DNA of 64,000 nt from Tubiluchus corallicola (taxonomy: Eukaryota; Animalia; Priapulida): contig JAQGDQ010001010.1 in the NCBI GenBank assembly GCA_030141605.1, forward strand, positions 6,758 through 70,757. The letters are read 5' to 3'. The notes under the pieces are model-generated. The model was not told the origin of the DNA. It worked only from the letters and a program-made list of their open reading frames with translations, and ran no database searches. This document shows, one piece after another, positions 1-13,846 of this stretch (within the stretch, counting starts at the first letter, position 1; the number at the start of each line of letters is the position of its first letter). Both the position numbers and the translations under genes were made by a program.

Positions 1-31
1 TCTTTGCTAATTTCCTTGTGATAGTTTTCTA

Positions 32-232
32 AGTTTAAGTGATAACAGTAAAATGAACCCAACATACTGAGTGACTTGTTCTTTCCTTTATCACACCACA
101 AACAGTTTAAGTGATAACAGTAAAATGAACCCAACATGCTGAGTGACTTCTTCTTTCCTTTAGCACACCACAAACAGTTTAAGTGATAACAGTAAAATGA
201 ACCCAACATATAGAGTGACTTGTTCTTTCATT
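32..232. repeat. 73-bp tandem repeat, about 2.7 copies
   Basis: AGTTTAAGTGATAACAGTAAAATGAACCCAACAT... repeated. Confidence 0.9.
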
Positions 233-413
233 TAAACTATGAGCAAACTTTAGAGGGAGGTATTTAATCCTCTTCAGGGTGCAGACTCTGTCACCACACA
301 TCAATACCAAAAATACAAAGAATTTGCTTCCATGAACTATACCTGTTAAGGCACTCAGTATCTGGCACATGAGTCACACCATGAAACTAGGATTGTAGCT
401 GCAATACTGAAAC

Positions 414-700
414 TAGCAAAGGCCCGGCAAAAAATTTTGCGTATAAATACACTTATAATCAATAATACGCGAACATCCTACACAGTCCTCACTTATAACG
501 CAAAGCCAGCAGCAGCAGCTTTTACTGAATTAAAGTTATAAGATTATAGACAGAGTATAATGGATGACGTCAGAACAATGGCTTTGCGTCAGCAGTTTTC
601 CAAGCGAAAATTACCGAAAATAGAACATCTAATTAACTCGTCGTCACTCGTCTTGGTGGACGTGCCCTAAAATATAGCCCACATCATCGTGTGTACTATA
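414..700 (+). mobile_element. Dispersed repeat starting CTAGCAAAGGCCCG (possibly Helitron-type); inverted copy at about 62490-62753
   Basis: About 280 bp of high similarity between the two ends of the window. The classification is tentative. Confidence 0.6.
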
Positions 701-948
701 TATAATATTTTTCACAAAATTGGCTTCGACAAAAAGCTACTCGGACAAAAGAAACAGAGTTTATAATTCCAAATGAAAGTGCCGAAAGACACAAATACAG
801 CCCTGTTTGAAACAGATCCAAATTGACAATGTAATAAGTAGACTTAATGAGCTACATTAACTGCTGGATGACTAACAGTCGAATAATGTGGATGATGATA
901 ACGATACCGATGAAAAATGGAAATGCGGAACGATGCAAAGCTACTTAC

Positions 949-1033
949 TTTTTTGAGCAGTCGTCGAAATTCACTATGATTATGATTTCACCCTGTTTCA
1001 TCGATTCTAAGAAAATCTCCAAAGTTGTGCTAT
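949..1033 (-). CDS. Tandem-ILEI protein, exon 10 (DSTTLEIFLESMKQGEIIIIVNFDDCSKK); gene continues left of the window
   Basis: Acceptor ttcag and donor AA|gtaagt; paralogous to exon 6 (FDDCS.K). No further exon was found in 1-948. Confidence 0.9.
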
Positions 1034-2094
1034 CTGAAAGGACAAAAACAACATTTATTTACCATCGCTCGGTTACAATGGCGTATTAACCAATAGGTTA
1101 ACTGGGCTATAGCCTAGGGCACCCAAATTTTGAGGGCGTCACATTTCAGAAAAAATTCTATTCTCCTCGGAAAACGTGTACACTTCATGTAACGAGTGCA
1201 CTTTATAACACACCACAGGCAGTTATTGAGCACAGCTTTCATATAACTGCCGAGTAATGAACAGGAGCAAGGAATTACAGCTTGCTTAAGTATAACAGCT
1301 ATGCAAACATACGTAATTAATAATGACCACATAGAAACTAGGTTAATAGTGTTTCTAATACACCACAAGTAACTGTTTGATCTGCTCGTTACGTAAGAAA
1401 TCATAAATTTACAACAAATGTAATTTAATCTAAGCCTTCATTTAAAAAAAGCTATTGTAGTTTTCAATAGTTTAGAGCATTCTTTATTCTGAACAAATGT
1501 TTACACAACAGTCTGCTTTTCCTTTAACAAATTATCTTAATAAGGGCAAACTGACATTTTAAAAAATTATTGAACAACGAATGAAAATCAGTTAGCAGCT
1601 GGAAGGGTTTTGTCTGTGACAACAGAATGCGATTCCTTCTCAGAGATGAAGAACACCTCAAAAATGTACATTTGCATAGGTGTTACAGTACTGCTTAAGC
1701 GCATGATGTCACGAAAAATGGTCTTTACTTCGTATGACGTCAGAACCTAACACAGCAGTTCATGATCATGCTTATCACGGTACCGTCTTGTATCTGTCTG
1801 CCACGCGAATGTGACAAAAAGGCGCCGCTGCCAATCTTAGTACATTCACTGGGACATGCATAGCTTTGAAAGTTTAACGAAATTTGAGTATCCGAGGTAA
1901 TTATTATTTAATCTAAGCTTTGATTTAAAAAAAGCTATTGTAGTTTTCAATATTTTAGAGCATTCTTTGTTCTGAATTAATGTTCACACAATCATCCGGT
2001 TTTCGTTTAAGAAATGAGTATCAACTGTTTTGCAGTGTCTCATACAAATTGAACTGTAGTGTAATTTCAGTTTACACGTTTTGCAAATACCCAC

Positions 2095-2204
2095 CTTTTG
2101 CGTACGTATCAAAATGAGCAACCCTCAATGCCTCTTTTCTAGTACCGTTTATGGTAACCATGTTTAATCCACGACCAGCATCATTAACATTTTTTGATAT
2201 CACA
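2095..2204 (-). CDS. Tandem-ILEI protein, exon 9 (VISKNVNDAGRGLNMVTINGTRKEALRVAHFDTYAK)
   Basis: Acceptor ttcag and donor G|gtgggt; GRGLN and FDTY motifs. Confidence 0.92.
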
Positions 2205-2778
2205 CTGAAATGAAATACGTAAGTTTATTTTGTTTTGAGTACAAAATTTTTTTTAGCCAAGCATAGAAGTTACAGATATTATTAGATATTTCAGGGTTCT
2301 CACAGAATCTTAAAATAAATTTCCCTGACTTTTCCCTGACCAAATATTGTTCTCTGAACTCTGTTCAGTAGACAGAAGGCGATCAACAAAATTATGTGTA
2401 CAATCACGCAAATGTACACCAGACTCAGCTACTCAAAAGGTCAAGTTGGAGTGCCTGAAAAGGGCGTGTTTTTCTTAATTTTATCCAATTAAATCACTTA
2501 TAAATGTTTAAACACATAGCATGATTGGATAGGCGAAGTTCTACTAAATGGAAACGTGCCTCATTTGTAATCATTTAGTTATGTCTGTGCTCAAACAGCA
2601 GCAGAAAAGTCATAGCCTCTCATAGCTCTTATAAGACCTATTTTAAATGGTGCGGCCATGAAAGAGCTAAAACACAACTTACGTAATAAGACACTTAAAA
2701 AAAACCCACATACTGAGAACTTGCTGTACATGTTAAACAATTTTCAATTAAATTAAATTCAATTTTATTATCTCAATA

Positions 2779-3278
2779 CAGTGGACTCTTGTTACAAGAA
2801 TCACACGTATAAGAATCAGCTTGATATAAGAATCAAAATCACGTTTCCCGAATTGAATCGGCATTTTCCTAGTGAAAATCCACTCGTATAAGAATCACCC
2901 TTCCTTCGATAGTAGAATTTTGGCGCCAACTCCATTGTCTCTCACGCCCTGCTTACATGGTTCTGCGCAGTGGGCGTGGCGGACACCACAGAGATTTCAA
3001 ATTTGTTTGTTTGCGTGTCAGTCAGTTGAAAAATGGCATCCAAACGGAAAAGCGGAAGTGTGAAAAGGTGAAAATCATCTTATGACGCGCTTCCTAGGAA
3101 TTTTTAGGTCCTTTATAGGCCAGAAAAACATTATGCTGTTTCATGTCGTTTCTAGCGTAATTTCGGGAAATAAATAATTTTATGTGCATAAAAAAATTTT
3201 AAAGCAATTCTGGGTCATGGTCATTATAAGAATCACTTTGCCTTCTCCCGAGATGATTCTTATAACGAGAGTCCACTG
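2779..3278. mobile_element. pogo/Tigger-like MITE
   Basis: TIRs CAGTGGACTCT...AGAGTCCACTG with TA TSD; a related empty site exists at about 6500-6620. Confidence 0.88.
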
Positions 3279-3397
3279 TAGCAGTTAAAATTCGTCATAA
3301 TTATTTTTACATTTCATTGCAACTGGGAAGGAGCAGCGAAAGACCAATTGGTCACTTGGTCAGCTTAAACAGACTTACGTAATAATAAGATACTTAC

Positions 3398-3581
3398 TAT
3401 TTTCCATTGACACATATTTTAGGTTCGTCGTTATGGTCCTTCCCTGAGTAAATATGCACAGGTATCTCGTTAGCCTTGCAACCCGTTAACCCGCACATGT
3501 CGACGACGGAGTCGACGGCAATTGCTCCCTTCTCGCTGATCTGCTTTGGAGCCAAGGAAACAGTCTTCAACAGCTTCCCCA
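3398..3581 (-). CDS. Tandem-ILEI protein, exon 8 (linker and start of ILEI domain 2: ...MCGLTGCKANEIPVHIYSGKDHNDEPKICVNGKY)
   Basis: Acceptor tttttccag|TG is phase-compatible with exon 7; donor TA|gtaagt; CGL...C...SG...PKIC motif. Confidence 0.92.
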
Positions 3582-4532
3582 CTGGAAAAAGGGCAAATTA
3601 TCGTTAGGTAAATAAAACAGCCTCAAATCCAAGGAGTTACTATCTATGGTCAATAGAGTTAAAGTACAAAAGAAATCCTCCACTTACATAAAGTTAAAAA
3701 ATTCATTTTGAAATTTTATATCACTTACAAGCTGCCTTTTTGCATACAAGGCTTGCGTCGGCAGTAACGTTGCATAAAACATGTAATTTAAACTCCCGCG
3801 ATGACCGTTAGACGCAGCCATTTTAACGACTAGTTATTTGAAACAAGCTAAGATAACATTGTGTAAAGACTGAAAAAATAAACCAAAAAACCATAGTGGA
3901 AGAGTATCACGACGGTGCATAATTCCTCAGAGAAGCAGCCCCGAAAGATGAAAAATCCAAGACAACATTGTACACCTTGATACTTTAATAGAATGCAAAT
4001 CGCAGAAAATGCACTGGACATGAAATAAAAGTCACACAAATATATTAGCAGGTAAAAACATACATTGAAAAAATGAGTTTAAATTATTTCGTTAACGATG
4101 TTAAATTGTTAAATTATTTTATAATTTATCCATAATAATGTAGCTCCTACGGTTCAGTCTCTTAGGCGCTTTAAGCCCATTCACAACAGAAATTGAAAAT
4201 GATAAGTAATGACGTCATTTCCGTCAACTGCCCCACAAATGTAAGAAAAAAAAACGAACCGAAAAGAATGCAACTTGCTTAAAGCCCAAGAAGTAAATTA
4301 TTATGTCCATGCCTGCAGTAACAAACAAAAAAAATTTTTACACTTTAAAGCCAAACAAATTTATTTGCATTTTTGTAACCAAAAACAAACAAACAGCAAA
4401 AATAGATACTGTACATGTACTTTAACAAGTTACATGTTTAAACTAATTGTTCAAACAGTCCTGTAATCAGTACAGGATATCAACAATCCTTATTACTATC
4501 CCTATACAATCAATTATTTACAAAAGTGCCAC

Positions 4533-5826
<1,294 letters not shown>

Positions 5827-6904
5827 GAGTTTATTTCGTATAAAAATATACAGTTTACAAAGATAAAGATGTTAGTAAAACAGGTAAGGCGATGTTAGTA
5901 AAGTAACATATCTACAGACATTCAACTTTATAATAACAACTCATTGTAGTTCACTTGTAATTATATTGCAGTATACAGTGTTGTAAGAAACTATAATAGG
6001 TATCTTAAAACATAGTCTTTAAATTAGTTCTTAACCTTTAATTTTACATTTTCGTTTAGATCTACAGTACAACCATATTTGAATCTTAAATTTACTTGAC
6101 TGTTATTTACATAGTAGCATGGCTTTGGAATTCTCAATGTGAGGTTATTCAGCACCTATAGGTATATTGCACGTTATAATTAGAATACATTATCTTACAG
6201 TAAACATTTCTTTCACTGTGTATCAAGTAAACAGGCATTTGGCAATGAGCCAATTACTATATAAGGCAAGTCTTTAACCAGGTGATACTTAGCAGTTTCA
6301 GTGTTTGTGTTGAAATCGATTACAACGATCTGTCAACTGTTTCCGATACAATGATTTAGAAAAGGGCGATATCTCCAGATTTATAATAATTTCTTTTTAA
6401 AGTGCTTACGCGTATTGGGGTAAAAAGAGAGAACCACAGATTTTAATTGGGGATGCTTCTATTTTAAACTGAAGTGAACCGTTCGAGGCAGCATGTGTTA
6501 AAATTCAATTCAATTCAATTTCAATTTTCTCAATAGCAGCTAAAATTCGTCATAATTATTGTTACATTTCATTGCAGCTGAGAAGGAGCAGCGAAAGACC
6601 TATTGGTCACTTGGTCAGCTGCCCATTTATTAAAAATCCAAGTTTACTCACAGGCTCATGACATTTTTTAGGTGTTTGTGTATGTATAAAAGGCAAAAGC
6701 AACAATAAAAGCAAACACATCAGGCTTAAAAAAGCAAACAGTACATATGCCTACATTGTATTCACCTTTTGACATTGTGTAACCTATATGCTGGTATTAA
6801 TATAATCACCGATGCCAAATTGCATAGAGTTTGCACAAGTTTGTTTTATGTACATTATAACATTATTTTTATTACGCCTCGTGTTTACATAAAACAGCAA
6901 CGAA

Positions 6905-7607
6905 ATGTCTGACGTTATCAAATCGGAGCGGCAACAGGTGCCAAAGGTTGGAAAAACCGACGACGTTTTGCAGATTGGAAATGTAGCCGTGGCAAAACTC
7001 GCTGCAAATCGGTGGCTGAAAAGAATGGGCCAAAGAGACTTCCCGACGCTGCTCACGCCGGACACTCTGTACGAGCGTCTTCAGCGGCAGAGTAACTTTG
7101 TCATTCTAGATGCGTCGTACGAAACCACTGCTTACAAGAAGGATGCCAAGGAGGACTTCGACGAGAAGCACATTCCCGGGGCGCAATTCTTCGACCTGGA
7201 AGAATGCCGGGACACGGACAACCCCAACGCCCTGATGCTGCCCAGTCCGGAGAAATTTGAGAAGTATGTCGGCAAGCTCGGCATCAGCAACGACACTCAC
7301 GTGGCGATTTACGACAAGAGCAGCTTGGGAATGATGTCGTCGATGCGGGTGTGGTGGGTGTTCCGCGTATTCGGGCACGAGAAGGTGTCGGTCCTCAACG
7401 GTGGATTCCTCAACTGGATGCGTGCCGAAAAGCCGGTGACTCACATTGTGGTGCACCCGGAGAAACAGGAATTCAAGGCAACGTATCGTGCAGAATTAGT
7501 GAAAAAATATGAGGACATGGAGGAAAATTTGCGGTCAAAGATGTGGCTAGTTGTTGATGGTAGGCCACCGGGAAGGTTTAACGGAACTGCCCCAGAACCC
7601 AGAAAAG
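6905..7607 (+). CDS. MPST: 3-mercaptopyruvate/thiosulfate sulfurtransferase (tandem rhodanese), coding exon 1
   Basis: Motifs ILDAS, HIPGAQFFD, MLPS...F...VGKLGISND..V.IYD, RVWW.FR.FGH..VSVLNGG and VVDGRPPGRF.G..PEPR; donor AAA G|gtgagt at 7607/7608. Confidence 0.93.
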
Positions 7608-9619
7608 GTGAGTTGTGCAAATTATCTGTAATACATATATATTTATTTGTCATAAAATAGCCTACATTAAGAATGTCATACATCATTCACAGTGCTTGTA
7701 ATGAATGGACTACACTGTTAATAAGCCATTGCTGCTGTTGTTGTCATTATTGTCGTCATTGTCGCCATCGTTGCTGCTGCTGATATTGTTGTTGTTGTTG
7801 CTGCTGCTGCTGCTGATATTGATGTTGTCGTTGTTGTTGCTCCTGCTGATATTATTGTTTTACATTACTGTCATTGTTGTTGTTGCTGTTGCTAATACTG
7901 TATTGTTGTTGTTGTTCTTGGCTACTGCTGCTTTCGCTTTAGTTGCTAATGCTGCTGCTACTGTTGCTGCCATTCTTTTTGTTATTATTACTATTACTCA
8001 CATGCCAACTTGAGGTAAGCATCATGTAAGAAAGAATTACATGCAATTATTGAACTTTGCTTAACGGGGCCACATGAAAATGCATGAAAGTGAAGGCGAC
8101 GGATACATATTTGCCAAATGCTACATAGTTTAGCCAAGATGACCTACACATGATAAATATTTATATAGTTCTGAAGAAAATATTCCGTAGTCATCATGTT
8201 CACAAATACTGTTATCAGAGGTAGTGGAAGTCACTAACAAGTGAGGGGAAATAATAATTTAGAACAACAAACGTGTCTAAAACTCCACCATGCATCTGCA
8301 TTGAAATCAACTCCACTAATTGATCTGTTCGTCGCTGATAAGAGAACACTTTCATGTATCACTTTTGTACTATACACTCACATCTGTAGTATGTGGGGCC
8401 TTTAACGGTCCAGATTTTGTCCGATTTTTCCGACATCGCTTTTATGGATATCGGAAAAATCAGACAAAATCTGGACCGTTAAAAGCCCCACATACTACAG
8501 ACATAGTTCGTTGTTTTGCTAAATGAGCGCTAGTTGGCGAGCCGTCACTTTGTTTACATCATTACGTCAGTGCAACCAAGCAGCGTGTAACGACACGTGT
8601 GTAGCTTGTATGGCAGCAGCGGCCCGTACTAGGCGTTCTTCTGACAATTAGGCGATTTATTCTACATTAACGTGAGTCTAGTACATGGCACGTACTGTAT
8701 TAGCTTAGTATCAGTAAATACGGACAATCAGCTAATTCGGACCTACGTCTCCCGGCTTTTCTCTAGCAAATCAAGATAGGAGTGTACTTCGCCCCTGAAA
8801 GTCAACTACATCTCAGTACTATCCTTTCCATTTACTCCTACATGGCCCTGACATTAAGGCTCTTTTATTGCTACTTCTACGTAAAAGTAAAAGTTCTCGT
8901 TCATTGGTTCCCAAACATTGATAATTTGTTCGTAGTAGAACACACTTCGTTCGAACTCAAAAACTTAGTTTTCCGTCCAGCCCCTTACCTGCGGAATCTT
9001 TACCATAAAATTGCTTCCATGTTAAACACAACATTAGCCATTTGAAGAACAAAGTTAACAGATATCTTCACTCCAATCTATTTCTATTTTTCTAGACTAG
9101 TACCGGCATTTCGTCTCTCTACTCATCTTTATTTTGAGTAGCCACTGGCATTAGTTATGGCAATCTTTATAAAAAACATGCCTTACTTACAAAAAGTTTT
9201 GATTTGAAAATAATGAATAATCATTTAAAAAATAAATTAGCTTTCTTTAATAAACGCATTAAAAATGTGCCCTAAACTATTTTCCTGTGCCCTGCAACCG
9301 AAGTTAAGCAACGCTAAGGCTGGCCACAGGTCAACTAGGGGCATAAAATGTACTCAGTAATAGCAGTGGGTTCCATCCCTACAGAAGGGGAGCTGTGAGA
9401 TGTTTTTGTACATTGATAACACACGTTGCCATGCAAATTAAAAGTGCACTAGTCCGTGTATATGTGAGATAAAATTTTATGACTGAACTTGCTATCCAGC
9501 TGTGTTTATCTATCAATCCTTATCGTGAATGAACTATATAATACTAGTCATTCCCTAAACTCAATGTGCCACGGAATGAAAGTGCAACATTTATTGCGAC
9601 CAAGACGGATACTAAAGAA

Positions 9620-10515
9620 CAGTAACGGCCCGTAGTTAGTGGGCTGCTGCTTGAGAAAATTTTTAGCCATTGTTTTAATACTGTGTAAAACTGAACAACC
9701 ATATGTAATTTCAATGTTGTAATCTGTAATTGTAAGCTTAAACAAATAAACATTCAAAAATTTATACATAAATTTGATAACAATAAAATTATTTGCTTAC
9801 GAACAGACGAAATTGTCGCAGTTCAAGAATATGCCGATACACAGTTTATAAGCACGAGACAACTTACAACAAACTGCGTGAGCAACAGTACTTTCTCTAT
9901 ATAGCAGCAGACAGAGTATAGTGTGTTATCTCAGACATGTGTGCATGGCCACACGCACACAAGAGCCAACCACACCACTGTGCTGGGCTGTGAAGCAGAC
10001 AGTACTAACCTCATGTGCTCTGGTTCCGTACATGTATAAAGAAAGAACTAAAGAAAAAAGACTTATCATATTGAATATTATAAATAATCTTCTTCTTCCC
10101 AGCTTTTCCCTATTCGGGGTCGCCGTTGTGAATGAGTCTTCTCCACGCATTCCTGTTGTTGACCATCTCTTCATTTATGTTCTTCTCTTTAAGGTCTCCA
10201 TTAATACATTCAAAGCTTGGGTCGTCCTCTTCTTCTATTTCCCAGCACTTCCATTTCCATGACCTCCCTTCCCACATGATCTTCACCGACTCTTCTTTTC
10301 AGGTGCCCATACCATCGCAATCTTGCCTCTTGTATCTTTTTCGAGGATTCCACTACTTTCACTGTTCCTCTGATATTATTATTTCTAATTTTATCTCTTC
10401 TTGTTATTCCCACCATCCATCTCAACATCCTCATCTCCACCAAATATTTTCCATAATACTGAGTGAAAATAGGGGCTGCTGTAGTTCCACAGTGCCTACA
10501 CGCGAGCCGCCACTG
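9620..10515. mobile_element. hAT-like MITE family A, interrupted by an RTE fragment
   Basis: Degenerate left TIR, right TIR CGAGCCGCCACTG, internal homology to 12038-12665. Confidence 0.8.
10089..10452 (-). mobile_element. RTE-like LINE 3' fragment nested in a hAT-like MITE
   Basis: EMRMLRWM.G.TR.D.IRN...RLRWYGH...RGRP; (GAA)n tail; ATAAT duplicated at both ends. Confidence 0.85.
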
Positions 10516-10876
10516 CAAAAGCGCATAGCTAAAATGAACTAGCAATCTTCTTCATACGTTCCGATATTCTGCAAGCTGGTATCCGATACCCAACAATGGA
10601 ACGTACCCAATGTAGACAATAGTGGTAGATCCAGAAACTATCTCATTATCAGGATGTATATGCATATTTCTCAGGTTAATAACCCAGGCTGTACCCATGC
10701 CGATGAAACCGCCCAGAATAAGTACTGAACCCACCCATCCATTCACCGCTCAGACTCTCCACTGCTTAACTTTAACAAAGCGTCAGAAAGTGTTAAGTAA
10801 TGATAGCTTGGAAACACGGAATAGTAAAATAAGCAAAGCAGATGTACTTAACCAAGTCTGAACCATCCTTTTGTAG

Positions 10877-10977
10877 AAATTAAACCAGGACACATGCCGG
10901 GAGCGATAAACCTGCCTTTCCGGGAAATTCTGGACCAGGAAACCAAAAGTATCAAGCCAGTGAAGGATCTCAGACAG
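10877..10977 (+). CDS. MPST: Sulfurtransferase exon 2 (EIKPGHMPGAINLPFREILDQETKSIKPVKDLRQ)
   Basis: Acceptor ttgtag|AA (phase 1) and donor CAG|gtgggt (phase 0); GH(I/M)PG..N.PF rhodanese motif. This exon is absent from the ORF track. Confidence 0.93.
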
Positions 10978-11109
10978 GTGGGTTATTGTAAAACACGAAA
11001 CAGGGAATGACAAAGCCTATGACTGTCAAGATTTATTGATTTTTAACACACTAGTTGCAACAATAGATAAAACAGACTGCATAGCATGTACTGACTAGAA
11101 ACTAAATGC

Positions 11110-11735
11110 TGCTTACAAACCAAAACCGTCCATAAGTCGGCATAGTTAAAACTACGCTATGATGCTTCAAAGTAGAATGCACCAAAAATTTGATCAAATG
11201 TCAATTTGTTTATTTTTTATGAAAACAAATGATAAATATATTGGACTTTTATATTCTAGCATCAAATTATCAGGAAAATGTCCAAAAAATACTAAAAATC
11301 TAATTTCATAACTCCTTACCCACTTTTCTGACTAAAAACTAGTACTGAAATTGTAAAAAAAAACTTGCATTTTCAAAGTCGGATTGTAGCTCGAGAAAGC
11401 AGTCATTTTGCTTCGGCTTTTTTCTGTTGACAAGACCAGATCTTCGTCAGGAAGAGCCACCTACTGGATTCAAAGCGCTCTTGTAAAGTCCATAGCAACC
11501 ACACTTTCATACGGTTGCTAAGTGTTTTGCAGAAATGCGACAAAAAACAATGGCTAACTTTAACAGTGATTTTCTCAAGATTATGTTTTCAGTGCGCAGC
11601 CTGCACCTCAACTTCAACGTGGATTATCTCAGCTTAGTAATAGCATAGAGTGATGAACTTGGCATCAATATGATTCTAATGAAACGGAGATTCAGGATAT
11701 GTGAATATCTAGAAAAGTTTGCTATGCAAGTATGC
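11110..11735. mobile_element. Dispersed MITE-like repeat; second copy at about 29828-30475
   Basis: About 600 bp of shared sequence with degenerate terminal inverted repeats. Confidence 0.7.
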
Positions 11736-11805
11736 AAGCACAGATATCTCATTATCTGTCAGCTGTGGTTTCCAAAAACAGTAATAATGTTTCTATTTCT
11801 TGCAG

Positions 11806-11994
11806 ATTTTTGCCAAAAACAATGTTGACTTAAATAAACCAATCATAGCTACGTGTGGACAGGGCATGACCGCATGTGGAATCGCACTCGCCAGTCACCT
11901 ATGTGGAAAACAGGACGTACCCGTGTTCGACGGAGCGTGGATGGAGTGGTTCAATCGTGCAAAGAAAGAGCATATAATCAGCGAAACCGAGTGA
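11806..11994 (+). CDS. MPST: Sulfurtransferase exon 3, catalytic (IATCGQGMTAC...VFDGAWMEW), ends at TGA
   Basis: Acceptor ttgcag|ATT; catalytic Cys loop and C-terminal rhodanese signature (YDGSW.EW-like). Confidence 0.93.
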   Translation: MFAKNNVDLNKPIIATCGQGMTACGIALASHLCGKQDVPVFDGAWMEWFNRAKKEHIISETE

Positions 11995-12037
11995 CGCGCT
12001 TACTCTTTTCAAAATCATTGAATGTGTTAGTATAAGC

Positions 12038-12665
12038 CAGTGGCGGCTCGTAGCTAAAATTACTGGGGGTGCTGCTTCAGTTTTGTAGCCATTGTTTTAA
12101 TACTGTGTAAAACGTAACAAACACGTGTAATTTTAATAATTTTAATCTTGCAGTTATATTTGAAGATCAGGTGTTGAATTGCCTCCTTTCTTAACTGCAA
12201 CTTTTTCATGGAGAGACAACTGTGAAAAATTAAGCTGCTGTAGTTCACTTACAGTCACAGTACTCATTTCTTGGTGATGCAAGGCGTCCACTATTAAATA
12301 ACCGACGTTTTAAGCACACTCGCTAAGTTTACACGTTATCACATCCAAGAATATGACGGTAAACGGTAAGCACGTGGCCAATGTGATTGTGATAGAGACA
12401 GTACTTTTATACCTAACAGCAGACGCTAGCAGCGCAGCGTACAGCATATTATCTCAGACATGTGTGCATGGCCGCATGCGCACAGCAGCCAAACACCGCA
12501 TTGCTTAGGCTGTGAAGCAAACGGTACTTCCCTCACATGCTCCTGTTCCGCACAAGTATAAAAAAAACTAAAGAAAAAAGACTTATAATATTGAATATTA
12601 TCGATAATAATGAGTGAAAAAGGAGGTGCTGTGGTACCACAGTAACTACACACGAGCTGCCACTG
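12038..12665. mobile_element. hAT-like MITE family A (TIR CAGTGGCGGCTCG)
   Basis: TIRs plus perfect 8-bp TSD GTATAAGC; starts 44 bp after the sulfurtransferase stop codon. Confidence 0.9.
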
Positions 12666-13052
12666 GTATAAGCATTACTGTTAGTGTTAGTGTTAGTGTT
12701 ATGGTATACACAATGTTAAGCAGCATAAGTTAAGGAAAATATTGCTCACAGGAAGTACTCAGAAACGAAGTACTCATGAAAGCAGTGTATGAAAAGTGAA
12801 ATCGGGGAAAAACAGTTTTTAATTTTGCATACAATTATATAGGAAAAGTGCAAACTGGGCATTTTCACACTGCAAATTGTAAAACTGTGTCAACTGACTA
12901 TTGTCAACAGGCAAATAATACATAGGAGAAATGAACAAATAAACTATAAACTACAAATCAAATAAAAGTACTCTAGTATTCTTAATTAAATATCAAATGT
13001 TTGACATTTCATTAAATTTCAACACTAAGATCGATTGGAATTGCTACGATCT

Positions 13053-13449
13053 TCTTCTTCTTCTTCTTCAATGAATCACACGCCCAGGGACACGATTCTG
13101 CTCACCTCCCTATGCCAGGACTCCCTACACGCTGCTATGCCACAAGTGCATTTATTTCTAAGGATCAATGCTGAAGTGTTTAAATCTTTCTGTGCAAAAT
13201 CTAAATATGTTAACATTTGTCCTCCTGCAGGTTTTTTAGCTGTTTCTACGGCTTGTTGAAGAGCTATCTTCACTGGAACGTCATCAGGAAGTCTAAGCAT
13301 ATACCCAATCCATCTTAAACGGCGTCTTTTTATTTTTCTTGTCCAAATTTCTTTTTTTTTACTTAATTTGTTTGAAATTTTCTTTGGCCATCTAATACCC
13401 AAAATGTTTCTGTAATTTCGCCTTTGAAATGCATCGATTTCAGCTTTAT
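13053..13449 (-). mobile_element. RTE-like LINE 3' fragment
   Basis: FQRR..R.ILGIRW...ISN...RRLRWIG; (GAA)n tail; 15-bp TSD GAATTGCTACGATCT at 13038-13052 and 13450-13464. Confidence 0.88.
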
Positions 13450-13846
13450 GAATTGCTACGATCTGATTTTTAGAAAGAAATTTACATATTTTTAAATTTC
13501 GCATTGAAAAGGTAACTGTGTTACGCTAAGACGTCTATGTTATAATAATCCAATTACCAAATGATATTTAGGAAAAAATAAAAAAATAAAAATAATCTTT
13601 CAATAATCCCTGCGTACTTATAATCATTTTCTTATTCTATCAAAAAACTTACAAACTTAGAATTTAATGGAAAGTTTTGCAGAGCTTTGACAAATGGAAG
13701 CAAAGTGGTTAAACATTAAACTACAACTGGCGCCATCTAGATTACAGTTGCAGAGTTATATCAAGTAACAGCATGAGAATAGCTAGCATTACACTAGAAA
13801 CTGTATCTACTTATTCCAATTGATTTAAACCCTTAACCCCATTCTA

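Noticed and set aside
9296-9325. 5S box-A-like string ACCGAAGTTAAGCAACG
   Set aside because: Only about 17 nt match and the rest of 5S is absent, so it is too short to call.
10552-10746. 64-aa hydrophobic minus-strand ORF, possibly an extra host exon
   Set aside because: No recognisable family or convincing splice sites were found, and host exons 7 and 8 already join in frame.
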